A stretch of 37,150 nucleotides of DNA from a virus. Shown in pieces: positions 1 through 9,163 of the stretch (positions are counted from its first letter, which is position 1; each line of letters starts with the position of its first letter). The translations under genes were made by a program, and so were the position numbers. The notes below the pieces were generated by a model. It ran no database searches. It was not told where the DNA came from and was given only the letters and a program-made list of their open reading frames with translations. The stretch lies in the IMG/VR virus record IMGVR_UViG_3300026613_000128; one strand, given 5' to 3'.

Positions 1-99
1 AAACTATTGATCGGGATGGCAAGCTGGGCCTGGATCCAAACCGATTTTATGATGTCTATCGCCCGGCTGAGGAGCTTGCGGACCCTGAGTGTATTGAGT
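1..99. repeat. Terminal overlap: nt 1-99 are identical to nt 37052-37150 (closure of a circular contig)
   Basis: Read directly. aaactattgatcgggatggcaagctgggcc...gaccctgagtgtattgagt is present at both ends, and a single ORF reads through the join. Confidence 0.95.
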
Positions 100-1100
100 C
101 CTTCAAGCTGCTTCCCTGGATTAATGGGCATGTGATGCTGGGTAAGGGGCAGGGGATGACGCCAGCCGAGGATAAAGGCATAGAGGGGGTTATCGGGGAG
201 CAGGTTTATTTTGATCCTGATGACGATGATGGAACCCTTAAGGGTAATATCAAGATGTTTTCCGGGAAGCTTGAGGAAAGTGTTGAGTATGGCAAAGATG
301 AGCTAAGCTGTGGATATCGTTGCAAGTGGGTGCCGGAGAGCGGTATATTTGGCGGGAAACGTTATGATATAACCCAGCGTCATATCCGTGGAAATCATTT
401 AGCGTCTGTGGATGAGGGTAGGATGGGGCCAGATGTGGCCGTTCTGGATGAGTCTGAACGCTTGAGTTTTACTATTGATCGAAAGGAGTTCCGTATGGAT
501 CCTGAAGAAAACAAAGAAATGAGTATGTCAGAAATGGGCATGGCTCTCAAGGCGCTGACTGAAGCTGTTGCGAAAATCAATGAGCAGATGGCAGCAATGA
601 GCGGTGACATGAAAGACGGCAAGGATATGAAAGACGGCAAGGATATGAAGGATGCCAAGGACATGGAGGAAGAGGTGGAAGTCAAGGAGAAGGTTGAGGG
701 GCAAGATGGCTATGAAATGGATGCTTTAGTTGCTGACAATAAGCGGCTTTCTGAAGCGGTGGACAAGCTGACATCGGCAATGGATAGCATGCAGAAAGAT
801 GGCATGAAAAACCTTTCTGCTCAGATTTCTCAACGTAATACCCTCGCGGCCAATCTTTCACACCATTTGGGTACTTTTGATCATTCAAATATGAGTGTAG
901 AAGAAGTGGCGAAGTACGGTGTTGATAAGCTTGGCCTGGCGTGTGATAGCGGCCATGAGCTTGATGCCTTAAACGGCTATTTACATAATCGAAAGCCTCC
1001 AGTCGCTTCGCAGCCTCATGCCCTGGATTCGGCGGCGCGTAGTGGTAAAGCGAGTGTAAGCTTTGTGGATAACTATATTTCTGGGGGTGAAAAGTCATGA
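1..1100 (+). CDS. Prohead protease/scaffold-like protein (DUF2213-like), C-terminal part of the gene that wraps the contig ends (5' part at 36715-37150)
   Basis: Frame 3 is open from nt 3 and is in phase with the ORF that runs off the window at 37150. The motifs [28 protein letters not shown] and RGNHLASVDEGRMG match my recollection of DUF2213 phage proteins. The C-terminal half is acidic/Lys-rich and coiled. The gene lies between the Mu-F-like gene and the capsid gene. Confidence 0.75.
   Translation, partial: TIDRDGKLGLDPNRFYDVYRPAEELADPECIESFKLLPWINGHVMLGKGQGMTPAEDKGIEGVIGEQVYFDPDDDDGTLKGNIKMFSGKLEESVEYGKDELSCGYRCKWVPESGIFGGKRYDITQRHIRGNHLASVDEGRMGPDVAVLDESERLSFTIDRKEFRMDPEENKEMSMSEMGMALKALTEAVAKINEQMAAMSGDMKDGKDMKDGKDMKDAKDMEEEVEVKEKVEGQDGYEMDALVADNKRLSEAVDKLTSAMDSMQKDGMKNLSAQISQRNTLAANLSHHLGTFDHSNMSVEEVAKYGVDKLGLACDSGHELDALNGYLHNRKPPVASQPHALDSAARSGKASVSFVDNYISGGEKS
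606..668 (+). repeat. 18-nt tandem repeat, about 3.5 copies (gacatgaaagacggcaag / gatatgaaagacggcaag / gatatgaaggatgccaag / gacatggag), encoding DMKDGK repeats
   Basis: Read directly. It lies in the linker of the scaffold-like protein (..GDMKDGKDMKDGKDMKDAKDMEEE..). Confidence 0.9.
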
Positions 1101-1603
1101 CATTTCAATCTCAAGTTTTTCCTGATCAAGTAAGTGCCATTATTGGTGAGCCCTTTGTTGATAGTCCTTCTCGGGTAAAACCGGTCATTATCAATTCGTC
1201 TGGTGCCACGCCTAACACTATTGGTAAGGCTTACACTTACGTTGTGGGTGCTGCTGATCCAACGGCAGGTGCTGGCACCAATGGTGGCGGTGCTTTTGCT
1301 GGCATCCTGGTTAATCCAAAGGTATACGCATCCCAGGGGGCGGCTACTGGCTCACTGGATCCAACCCTGGATATCCCCGATAACACCGAAGGCGAGTTGA
1401 TGACAATGGGTACTGCTGTCTTCAATTTGTCCATTGTGGGTACTGGTGAGATTGGCGAAGGTATTTTCTACGTGGATGCCACTGGTGAGCTGGGATCTGG
1501 TGTTGCTGGTGGCGGCCAAACTCAGATCTCAAACGCAAAGATTGACCGACAGGAAGTTTTTGGGCCTGGCCCGGCAATCATTACATTAACTGAGCCTGAA
1601 TAA
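1097..1603 (+). CDS. Capsid cement/decoration-like protein (Gp24-like), tentative
   Basis: 168-aa ORF whose ATGA start overlaps the scaffold stop, lying between the scaffold and major capsid genes. The Gly-rich beta-type pattern (FAGILVNP.., GELMTMGTAVF.., GEGIFYVDATGELG) resembles cement/decoration proteins of DUF1073/DUF2184-type head modules. The family is assigned from memory. Confidence 0.5.
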   Translation: MTFQSQVFPDQVSAIIGEPFVDSPSRVKPVIINSSGATPNTIGKAYTYVVGAADPTAGAGTNGGGAFAGILVNPKVYASQGAATGSLDPTLDIPDNTEGELMTMGTAVFNLSIVGTGEIGEGIFYVDATGELGSGVAGGGQTQISNAKIDRQEVFGPGPAIITLTEPE

Positions 1604-1613
1604 GGGGGTTCTC

Positions 1614-2741
1614 ATGAGAGTTCGCGAACTATCTCATCTCACCGCATCTCAAGTGCGACCTATGCAAATGGCTGCAGGTGATGTGGAGCATTGGCAGGAT
1701 CTTAGTCGCATTGGCATTTGCTTTGATGCTGCTGACATTGACCGAATGAATCATTATCTGGGAAATGTTGCAGAAGCTGGTATTGCCATGGATGCGCTGG
1801 TCCCACCGGTAACAACGCCCAGTATTGGAACGCCTATCCAGTTTCTTCAGGAGTGGTTGCCAGGGTTTGTTAACATTCTCACAGCTGCCCGGAAAATTGA
1901 TTCATTGGTTGGTATTACCACTCAGGGTCGCTGGGAAGATGAAGAGATTGTGCAAGGTGTTATGGAGCATTCAGGGCAGGCGCGCCCGTATGGCGATTAC
2001 ACCAACATTCCTTTGTCTTCCTGGAACGTCAATTTTGCACGCCGTACCATTGTGCGCTTTGAAGAGGGTATGCAGGTTGGCAAGCTGGAGGAGGCGCGTG
2101 CTGCTGCTATGCGCGTTAATAGTCCTGAGGCTAAGCGTGAAGCCGCTGCCCTGGCGCTGGAGATCATTCGAAACCGTATCGGGTTTATTGGCTATAACAA
2201 TGGTGTAAACCGTACCTATGGCCTGCTGAATGATCCTGAGTTGCCTGCATATGTGAACCTTCCCAATGGAGCTGGTGGTTTTTCTCAGTGGTCAACCAAG
2301 ACGTATCTGGAAATTTTGGCTGATATCCGGTCTGCTGTTTCAGCGCTGCGCCTGCAATCAGTTGATACTGTGGATCCACATCAAACGCCTCTGGTTTTGG
2401 CTTTGTCGCTGGATGCATTTGATTACCTGTCAGTTACCAATGAGCTTGGTAGCAGCAGTGTTATGGATTGGATTAAGAAAACCTACCCTAACATGCGCGT
2501 AGAGTCGGTGCCTGAATTTGTTGCTGCCAATGGTGGCGATTCGGTGTTTTACCTTTATGCTGAATCTGTCTCTGATAACTCAACAGATGATGGTCGTACT
2601 TTTGTGCAGGTAGTTCCCACCAAGTTTATAACACTTGGCGTGGAGCCGCGTGCAAAAAACTACACTGAAGATTACAGTAATGGTACTGCTGGAGTTTTGA
2701 CAAAGCGGCCTTTTGCCGTGGTACGTCGCTCAGGCTGTTAA
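1614..2741 (+). CDS. Major capsid protein (DUF2184/encapsulin-like fold family)
   Basis: 375-aa ORF with an SD (aaggggg) 6 nt upstream. It lies after the scaffold and cement genes and is followed by the strongest intrinsic terminator in the window. Size and module context fit DUF2184-type capsid proteins. Confidence 0.75.
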   Translation: MRVRELSHLTASQVRPMQMAAGDVEHWQDLSRIGICFDAADIDRMNHYLGNVAEAGIAMDALVPPVTTPSIGTPIQFLQEWLPGFVNILTAARKIDSLVGITTQGRWEDEEIVQGVMEHSGQARPYGDYTNIPLSSWNVNFARRTIVRFEEGMQVGKLEEARAAAMRVNSPEAKREAAALALEIIRNRIGFIGYNNGVNRTYGLLNDPELPAYVNLPNGAGGFSQWSTKTYLEILADIRSAVSALRLQSVDTVDPHQTPLVLALSLDAFDYLSVTNELGSSSVMDWIKKTYPNMRVESVPEFVAANGGDSVFYLYAESVSDNSTDDGRTFVQVVPTKFITLGVEPRAKNYTEDYSNGTAGVLTKRPFAVVRRSGC

Positions 2742-2767
2742 AAATTTCCCGTCAGGTGGGAAAGCAG

Positions 2768-2808
2768 AAAGGCGCCTGATTGCCTGTTGACCGGGCGCCT
2801 TTTTTTTA
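2768..2808 (+). terminator. Rho-independent terminator after the capsid gene
   Basis: aaaggcgcc (2768-2776) pairs with ggcgccttt (2793-2801) and is followed by a T8 run. A second small hairpin, tttccc/gggaaa, lies just upstream at about 2745-2765. Confidence 0.85.
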
Positions 2809-2837
2809 CTTACTTAATAGACCAGAAGGTATTTTTT

Positions 2838-3233
2838 ATGAAGTATGTATGCTCAAAATTGGCCTCAGATAATCGGTATGCTCTTTGGAAGGATGAGAGT
2901 GAATTGCCTAATGATTTGCCGCAAATTGATAAATCGGTGTTGATCAAGGGTGGATCTGGCGTTGCCAATAAAAACGTTATCACGCCCTATGGTATTGTGA
3001 CTGAAATCACTGATGAGCAGTGTGAGTTTCTGGAAAAAAATGAAGCGTTTAAGCGTCACAAGGAGCGTGGTTTTGTAAAGATTTTGGCCAAACATCCCCA
3101 TGATCAAACTGAAAAAGTGGCGGCTGACCTGGCTGATGATGAGGGCAGTGCTCCATTGACCCCTGAAAAAGCAAAGAAGGAAATGGGGGCCAAGGAGCTT
3201 GTTGAGGATCCCAAGAAAGCAAAGGGGAAGTAA
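2838..3233 (+). CDS. Hypothetical protein with a Lys-rich C-terminal tail (moron-like position)
   Basis: ATG at 2838 with SD agaagg 8 nt upstream. The listed start at 2787 lies inside the terminator and is unlikely. The product is 131 aa and ends ..PEKAKKEMGAKELVEDPKKAKGK. Confidence 0.65.
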   Translation: MKYVCSKLASDNRYALWKDESELPNDLPQIDKSVLIKGGSGVANKNVITPYGIVTEITDEQCEFLEKNEAFKRHKERGFVKILAKHPHDQTEKVAADLADDEGSAPLTPEKAKKEMGAKELVEDPKKAKGK

Positions 3234-3236
3234 GCC

Positions 3237-3692
3237 ATGGCTGTTATAGAGTTTGATCCAGCGCAGTTCAGAGAGGCTCTCCCGGCCTTTGCTGATCCCG
3301 CTGTTTATCCTGATGCGCTGCTGCAGGTTTATTGGGATACGGCTACCTGCTATGTCAGTGATAATGATTATGGTGTGGTAAATGGTGCGTGCCGCCGTCA
3401 GGCGTTAAACCTTATGACAGCCCATCTTTGCGTGATTTCTGAAAACGCTCAAAAAGGCGGTGCTCAAGCATCCAGGGGGAAAAGCACCAACTTTATCACC
3501 TCCTCCACTGTGGATAAGGTTTCAGTATCGGTGGCTGCTCCTCCTGCTAAAGATGAGTGGAGCTGGTGGTTATCCACAACTCCTTATGGGCAGCAATTTT
3601 CTGCGCTTATGTCTGCGCGTGCTGCTGGTGGGCTTTATGTTGGTGGGCGCCCTGAGCGCTCTGCCTTTCGTAAAGTGGGAGGCTTATTCTGA
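3237..3692 (+). CDS. Head-tail adaptor/connector protein (DUF4054-like)
   Basis: The N-terminus FREALPAFADPAVYPDALLQVYWDTATCYVS and ..RRQALNLMTAHLCVIS match the pattern I recall for DUF4054 head-completion proteins. It is the first gene after the capsid block. Confidence 0.6.
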   Translation: MAVIEFDPAQFREALPAFADPAVYPDALLQVYWDTATCYVSDNDYGVVNGACRRQALNLMTAHLCVISENAQKGGAQASRGKSTNFITSSTVDKVSVSVAAPPAKDEWSWWLSTTPYGQQFSALMSARAAGGLYVGGRPERSAFRKVGGLF

Positions 3693-4186
3693 TGGGGCGC
3701 GTCACCAGGCAAGTTACTGATTTGGGTCAAAAGCTCAAGGTCGCTTTAGATATTGATAAGATGACTGCTCAGGTAGGCTGGCTGGATGGCGCCCGATACG
3801 ATGATAAAAATGCAACTCCGGTTTCCTATGTGGCCACTATCCTGGAGTATGGTTATGCCAAGGGAGGAATTCGCCCCTATGCTTTTGTGCGAAAGACGGT
3901 ATCTCTCAGGCAGGCAGCGTGGGGCCAGCTTGCGGAATCGGGTGCGCGGGCTATGCTGGCCGGGAATGCGTCTCCTGAGGATGTTCTGGAGGGGCTGGGG
4001 CTGCAGGCTGAGGGTGACATAAGGAAAACGATTGCCCAAATTAAAAGCCCCCCTTTGCATCCTTCCACCATTAAGAACCGTCAGCGCAAACTGGCCAATG
4101 GTAAGAAAATTGGCAACTTAACCAAGCCGTTGGTAGAAAGTGCGCTAATGATCAACTCTTTATCATCTGAAGTGGTGCGAAAATGA
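3692..4186 (+). CDS. Neck/tail-completion protein (HK97 gp10-like)
   Basis: The start overlaps the previous stop (ATGA). VATILEYGYAKGGIRPYAFVRKT resembles the HK97 gp10-family signature (..EfGt...paRPF..). Confidence 0.5.
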   Translation: MGRVTRQVTDLGQKLKVALDIDKMTAQVGWLDGARYDDKNATPVSYVATILEYGYAKGGIRPYAFVRKTVSLRQAAWGQLAESGARAMLAGNASPEDVLEGLGLQAEGDIRKTIAQIKSPPLHPSTIKNRQRKLANGKKIGNLTKPLVESALMINSLSSEVVRK

Positions 4187-4548
4187 TACCTGGTAGCAAT
4201 CTATTAGAGGATGCCCTTACTGTTATTGAATCGCAGGACTTTCAGTGGCTGCAGTTCCTTGGTAGGGATACCAATAGCATTGGTATTGATAACGCTAATT
4301 ATGCGCCCGCTGTGCCTCTTGAGGGTAGTGTGCAGCCGGTTCCGCGTTCCCTCTTCCAGGCCTTGGGGCTTGATTGGAAAAAAAACCACATAACGATTTA
4401 TAATTTTGAAAACATTACCGGGATTCAGCGTGATTCATCAGGTGACCGGGTGATATTTGGTGGCAAGACCTACCAGGCGTTGTCTGAAAATGATTGGAGT
4501 CAGATCGATGGTTGGACAGGGACGCTATTTGCTGAGGTGCGCAACTGA
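4183..4548 (+). CDS. Head-tail joining protein, family unknown
   Basis: 121-aa ORF translationally coupled on both sides (4-nt and 1-nt overlaps) within the connector block. Confidence 0.6.
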   Translation: MIPGSNLLEDALTVIESQDFQWLQFLGRDTNSIGIDNANYAPAVPLEGSVQPVPRSLFQALGLDWKKNHITIYNFENITGIQRDSSGDRVIFGGKTYQALSENDWSQIDGWTGTLFAEVRN

Positions 4549-5087
4549 TGATAGAGGCTGATATCTGGCGTGCTTTGATTGCTGTTCTGCGTGCGGGTCT
4601 TGATGCTCAGGGTTATCCTGGAATTGCTATCAAACAGACTTATCAGCCCAAAAAGCAGGGGGTGAATAGTCAGGATACTGTGTACTTGTATAAGATCACT
4701 TCCCGGCGTGCAAGTCATCAGGCTAAAAAGTTTGTTTATAATCTGGCAAACAATAATTTTGAAGGGGAAGAGGGGTATTGGTTGGAGGGGTTGTTTCAGC
4801 TCACCCCCCAAATTGAAAGGGATACGGTTGATGAGGATTCTATAACCTCTTATGACATTGCCGATTTGTGTGCCGCGATACTGCAGACGGAAACCGCTAT
4901 TAAGCAGCTCCTCGAAAGTGGGATTGGTATCTACAGAATCACCGATGTCAGAAACCCTTATTCCATTGATGATTATGATCAGTTTGATCAGGAATCAAAT
5001 TTTGATTTTACTTTGGTTTATAGGCAGGTGATTAGGTCAATAGTGCCGGTGGCGGATCCAATCATTCTGGATATTCACAGGGTGTAA
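4548..5087 (+). CDS. Tail terminator/tail-completion candidate
   Basis: 179-aa coupled ORF immediately upstream of the sheath gene. The function is inferred from position only. Confidence 0.5.
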   Translation: MIEADIWRALIAVLRAGLDAQGYPGIAIKQTYQPKKQGVNSQDTVYLYKITSRRASHQAKKFVYNLANNNFEGEEGYWLEGLFQLTPQIERDTVDEDSITSYDIADLCAAILQTETAIKQLLESGIGIYRITDVRNPYSIDDYDQFDQESNFDFTLVYRQVIRSIVPVADPIILDIHRV

Positions 5088-5122
5088 TGAGCCCAGTTTT
5101 TTAACCTTTAAGGGGCTAAATC

Positions 5123-6634
5123 ATGTCGATTGCATTTACAAAATACGTGGATATTTTGAGCGGGGTTGCTGGCCTTCCTCAGGTTCCTCAGCGGGAATTA
5201 ATTGGGCGTTTGTTCAGCATTAATCAGTTGATCCCAACAAAAAGCTTTGCTGAATTTACTGATGCTGAGTCAGTAGGGGATTATTTTGGGTTCAATTCTG
5301 AGGAGTATTTTAGGGCTCAATTTTATTTCGGGTTCGTTTCCAAACAGGTAACATCGCCCCAAAAAATCAGTTTTGCTCGTTGGGCTAATGTGCCCACTGC
5401 GCCGCAGATATTCGGTGAGAAGAGTGAACGCCAATTATCAGAATTTACTGTTATTGTGGATGGTTCGCTTGTTATCACGCTGGGTGGTATCACTGAAAAT
5501 ATTGTGGGGATGAATTTTGCAGCGGCGTTAAGCTTTGCCGATGTTGCCGCAACTGTGCAGGCTGCTATTCAAGCGGCTAATGTAGATCCTCTCTTTTCGG
5601 GTGCTACTGTAGTTTATGATGCCATTGCGCAACGCTTTAATTTGACCGGTGGTAATGTTGGTCCTGCTAATGTTGAGGTTGGCTTCTCTGGTATTGGTAC
5701 CGATATTGGCGACCTTATCGGGTGGTCCAATTTCAACGGGGGAACCATTTATTCTGATGGTGTTAATGCTGAGCCAGTAACGCAAGTGCTAAGTGAATCG
5801 GCTGAGGCTTCCAATAACTTTGGGTCTTATTTGTTCATGCCGCCACTAACGGAAGATGAGTTGGAGCAGGCTGCTAGCTTTGCGCTGGGTTCAAATGTGC
5901 GCTTTCAGTTTTATCACGCTGTTTTCGAGATGGATGCCGCTGCCACTTTTGCGCTACTTGAGCAGTATGATGGTACTGGCATTATGATCAAGTCTACCGA
6001 GATTCCTTTTCAGTTCCCGGAAATGATGCCAATGTGCATTCTGGCTGCTACTGATTTTAACCGCCGGGCAGCTAATCAAAACTATATGTACTATCAGTTT
6101 AATATTGCGCCAGTGGTAACTGATACGACGGTGTCTAATCAGCTGGATTTTTTCAGAATGAATTACTACGGGCAGACTCAGCAAGCTGGGCGTCCACTTT
6201 CATTTTTTCAGCGTGGGGTGTTGATGGGGCGCCCAACGGCGCCGCGTGATATGAATACCTATGCTAATGAGCAGTGGTTCAAGGATGCTGCAGGCGTGGT
6301 GCTCATGAATCTTAACCTTGCTTCGCCTGGCGTTCCTGCTAATGACAGTGGGCGTGTAGAGGTGTTGGGGGTTCTTCAGAGCCCGATTGATCAGGCATTG
6401 CTTAATGGTACTATCTCAGTGGATAAGCCTTTAACGGCTGTCCAGCAAGCTACAATCACCCAGATTACCGGTGACCCTAACGCGTGGCGCCAGGTTCAAG
6501 GAATTGGCTATTGGGTGGATGCTGCTGTTGTGCCTAATCCTTTGGCGCCAGAGGAGTTCCAAATTACTTACCTACTGGTATACGCCAAGGGTGATATTAT
6601 CCGCCGTATCCAGGGTGCTCATACTTTAATCTGA
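5123..6634 (+). CDS. Tail sheath protein (DUF3383-like)
   Basis: 503-aa ORF with an SD (aagggg), followed by a 148-aa tube-sized gene, a chaperone and the tape measure. The N-terminus MSIAFTKYVDILSGVAG is reminiscent of DUF3383 sheath proteins. Confidence 0.7.
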   Translation: MSIAFTKYVDILSGVAGLPQVPQRELIGRLFSINQLIPTKSFAEFTDAESVGDYFGFNSEEYFRAQFYFGFVSKQVTSPQKISFARWANVPTAPQIFGEKSERQLSEFTVIVDGSLVITLGGITENIVGMNFAAALSFADVAATVQAAIQAANVDPLFSGATVVYDAIAQRFNLTGGNVGPANVEVGFSGIGTDIGDLIGWSNFNGGTIYSDGVNAEPVTQVLSESAEASNNFGSYLFMPPLTEDELEQAASFALGSNVRFQFYHAVFEMDAAATFALLEQYDGTGIMIKSTEIPFQFPEMMPMCILAATDFNRRAANQNYMYYQFNIAPVVTDTTVSNQLDFFRMNYYGQTQQAGRPLSFFQRGVLMGRPTAPRDMNTYANEQWFKDAAGVVLMNLNLASPGVPANDSGRVEVLGVLQSPIDQALLNGTISVDKPLTAVQQATITQITGDPNAWRQVQGIGYWVDAAVVPNPLAPEEFQITYLLVYAKGDIIRRIQGAHTLI

Positions 6635-6650
6635 TAAGGGGTTTTTTGTA

Positions 6651-7097
6651 ATGAATATTTCTGGCATTGGCTTGCAGGTGCAACTGGTTGCAAGCGTAAC
6701 TTTTCCGGCGGGTATCAATATCACTGAGTTTGCCGATGATACTGACCCCTTGGATGTTCCAAGTATTCAGTTGGCTGATAAAGCCATGGGATTGAATGGG
6801 CAACTTGTTTCGTGGACAACTGCTAACCCTATTGGCATGGTTCTCGCTGTTATACCTGGCAGTGATGATGATGTTAATTTAGGCATTCTGGCAGAAGCCA
6901 ACCGGGCGGGGCGCGGCAAGGTAAGCGCTAATGATGCGGTCAGGGCGATTGTCAGCTATCCCGATGGAAAAACGGAAACGTTGCTGGCTGGCATTATCAC
7001 AGATGCGCCGCCGGCAACCTCAGTGGCCTCAGCGGGTCGCAAAAAAAGCCAGGTTTATGGCTTTGCCTTTGAAAACAAATTGGGAGCACAACAATAA
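6651..7097 (+). CDS. Tail tube protein (DUF3277-like)
   Basis: 148-aa ORF between the sheath and chaperone genes. Size and synteny fit. Confidence 0.65.
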   Translation: MNISGIGLQVQLVASVTFPAGINITEFADDTDPLDVPSIQLADKAMGLNGQLVSWTTANPIGMVLAVIPGSDDDVNLGILAEANRAGRGKVSANDAVRAIVSYPDGKTETLLAGIITDAPPATSVASAGRKKSQVYGFAFENKLGAQQ

Positions 7098-7561
7098 TGG
7101 ATCTACGTGAGCCAAAGGAAATCACTATTGAGGCTCAGGGTGGAATTCAAAAGACCTATATCATCTCGAAATTCCCGGCTGTTGCAGGTCGGGAAATCGT
7201 TTGTAAATACCCTCTCAGTGGTATGCCAAAGCTGGGTGAGTACAAGGTCAATGAAGAGACCATGCTGAAGCTAATGAGCTATGTTGCGGTTAAGCCAGGT
7301 GGCGGAAAGGAGCCTATTCGACTGCAAACCATGGAGCTTGTGGATAACCATGTTCCCGATTGGGAAGCGCTTAGCAAAATTGAAATGGAAATGATGGGGT
7401 ATAACTGCAGTTTTTTTCAGAACGGCAAGATCTCAAGTTTCTTGGACGGTATCAAAGCGACAGCCCAACAGTTGATTTCGTCAACATTGACGGATTCATT
7501 GGCGCAATTGTTGCAGACGGCAAAGCAACACTCAGAGAGCTCACAGAATACTACACCTTAG
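7097..7561 (+). CDS. Tail assembly chaperone (G-like, zero-frame product)
   Basis: 154-aa ORF directly upstream of the tape measure. It contains a T7 slippery run, and the -1 frame downstream is open. Confidence 0.75.
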   Translation: MDLREPKEITIEAQGGIQKTYIISKFPAVAGREIVCKYPLSGMPKLGEYKVNEETMLKLMSYVAVKPGGGKEPIRLQTMELVDNHVPDWEALSKIEMEMMGYNCSFFQNGKISSFLDGIKATAQQLISSTLTDSLAQLLQTAKQHSESSQNTTP

Positions 7562-7656
7562 AAGAGGCGTTTATTCTTTGGGAGTGTATTGCTGTGCCGC
7601 GATATAATGAGCATCTTGCCATAAAACAAGCACAGGGGAATAACCGTGGCCGGTAG
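7097..7656 (+). CDS. Tail assembly chaperone -1 frameshift product (GT-like)
   Basis: After a slip on T_TTT_TTT (7411-7417) the -1 frame is open for 79 further codons, with its stop TAG at 7654-7656. It reads SERQDLKFLGRY...ATLRELTEYYTLEEAFILWECIAVPRYNEHLAIKQAQGNNRGR and ends 10 nt inside the tape measure gene. Confidence 0.65.
7411..7417 (+). promoter_or_regulatory. Slippery heptamer T_TTT_TTT for programmed -1 frameshifting
   Basis: The zero frame reads AGT TTT TTT CAG (S F F Q). The -1 frame is closed by TAA at 7402-7404 and open from 7405 onward. Confidence 0.65.
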
Positions 7657-9163
7657 CGTATTAGAGACATTCTTTATTCTGTTTGAATCTGATGCATCAG
7701 AGGCCAAGAAGGATATCAAGGGCATGGATAAGGCTCTGGATGATACAGAAAAATCCGCTAAGGATGGGGTGGCATCCAGCGATAAGGCGGGCGCCTCTTT
7801 TGTGCAGATGGGCAAAAGTGCGCTGGGTGCTGTTGCTGGCATCTTTGCAATTGGGAGTGTAATCCAGGGTACCTTGTCTAAAGCTGCTGAGCTTGATGCC
7901 ATTGGCAAATTTGCGCGAACCCTGGGCGAGGATGTAGGAGATATTGATGCATGGGGGCAGGCCGTTATTAGGGCTGGTGGTAGTGCTGATTCCTTTCAAG
8001 CTTCAATTGAGTCTCTTAATGAAAAGGTTGTGGATGCCTCTATTAAGGGCATGAATGAGATAGTTCCTTTTTTCAATCAGCTGGGAATATCCATTGTTGA
8101 TGAAACTGGGAATGCTCGTTCAACACTTGATTTGCTTCCTGAGCTGGCTGATGCCTTTGAAAATATCAGCAATCAGGAATCGGCGGCGCTTGGTAAAAAG
8201 CTTGGTTTAGATCCTGGCACTATTCTGCTTCTGCAGTCCGGGCGTAAAGAGGTAGAGGCCCTGGTTGAGCGTCAGCGACAGCTGGGGGTGACAACAGAAG
8301 AGGCGGTTGTCATTTCTGAAAAATTCAATGATCAAATGGCTGACTTGCGCCAGATATTTGGCTTTGCCTCGCAATCACTTTTAGTTAGCTTTTTGCCTTC
8401 TATAAATGCCGTCCTGGAATCATTTACTGATATTGTTTTATGGTTGGGCAAAAATGAAACTTTGGTGGAGGGGTTTTTTATAGCGCTTGGCGCCGTAGTG
8501 GCAAAGTTTGCGATCCCTCCCATGATTAGCCTGGCTGCGGCAACCATAGCCGCCACTTATCCGTTTATCCTTATTGGGGCTCTGGTTGCTGCTCTGGCTG
8601 CTGGTTTTGCCCTTTTGTATGAGGATGTCATTGCTTACATGAATGGCCAGGATTCGCTGTTGGGAGAGATGGAAAAGCGCTGGCCAATCGTTGGGGATAT
8701 TATCCGGGGGATTACTGAATTTATTAAGGGCTATATAGAGGTCATGAAAGCCTTTATTTCTGGTGTGGGGGATGTTGTTGGGGCTTATATTTCCTCAATG
8801 AAAAGCCTTGCTGAATTCCTTTTTGATTTGTTCACAGCGCCAGAAGAGGCGCTTAACAAGATCATGAAAGCCGGTGGCTTTATCAAGGATTTTCTTGGTT
8901 TTGGTGGCGATGATGAAGAGGTTGTTTTAAATGCTCAGAAGTCATTGGCGCTTGCTTCCAGTAGTGGCTTGGCTTCGCAAACTTCTACCAGTATTCAAAA
9001 CAGCAATATCCAGAGAAACCGCTCTATCATGGTTCAAACGGGTGATACTGTGATACAGACACAGGCCACTGATCCTGATGGTATTGCGGCTGAGGCTGCT
9101 AATTCTATGACAAACCAGATTAGGGCAGCTGTTGAGGATTATGATGATGGGGTAGATGTATGA
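7646..9163 (+). CDS. Tail tape measure protein
   Basis: 505-aa ORF with a GTG start and SD agggga. It is Ala/Gly-rich and helical, has a hydrophobic central segment (FFIALGAVVAKFAIPPMISLAAATIAATYPFILIGALVAALAAGFALL), and follows the chaperone genes. Confidence 0.8.
   Translation: MAGSVLETFFILFESDASEAKKDIKGMDKALDDTEKSAKDGVASSDKAGASFVQMGKSALGAVAGIFAIGSVIQGTLSKAAELDAIGKFARTLGEDVGDIDAWGQAVIRAGGSADSFQASIESLNEKVVDASIKGMNEIVPFFNQLGISIVDETGNARSTLDLLPELADAFENISNQESAALGKKLGLDPGTILLLQSGRKEVEALVERQRQLGVTTEEAVVISEKFNDQMADLRQIFGFASQSLLVSFLPSINAVLESFTDIVLWLGKNETLVEGFFIALGAVVAKFAIPPMISLAAATIAATYPFILIGALVAALAAGFALLYEDVIAYMNGQDSLLGEMEKRWPIVGDIIRGITEFIKGYIEVMKAFISGVGDVVGAYISSMKSLAEFLFDLFTAPEEALNKIMKAGGFIKDFLGFGGDDEEVVLNAQKSLALASSSGLASQTSTSIQNSNIQRNRSIMVQTGDTVIQTQATDPDGIAAEAANSMTNQIRAAVEDYDDGVDV

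Noticed and set aside
1-99. The terminal direct repeat as a biological DTR (T7-like physical genome ends)
   Set aside because: The repeat lies in the middle of an uninterrupted coding sequence, and its 99-nt length equals a standard assembler k-mer. Circular-contig closure is the simpler explanation.
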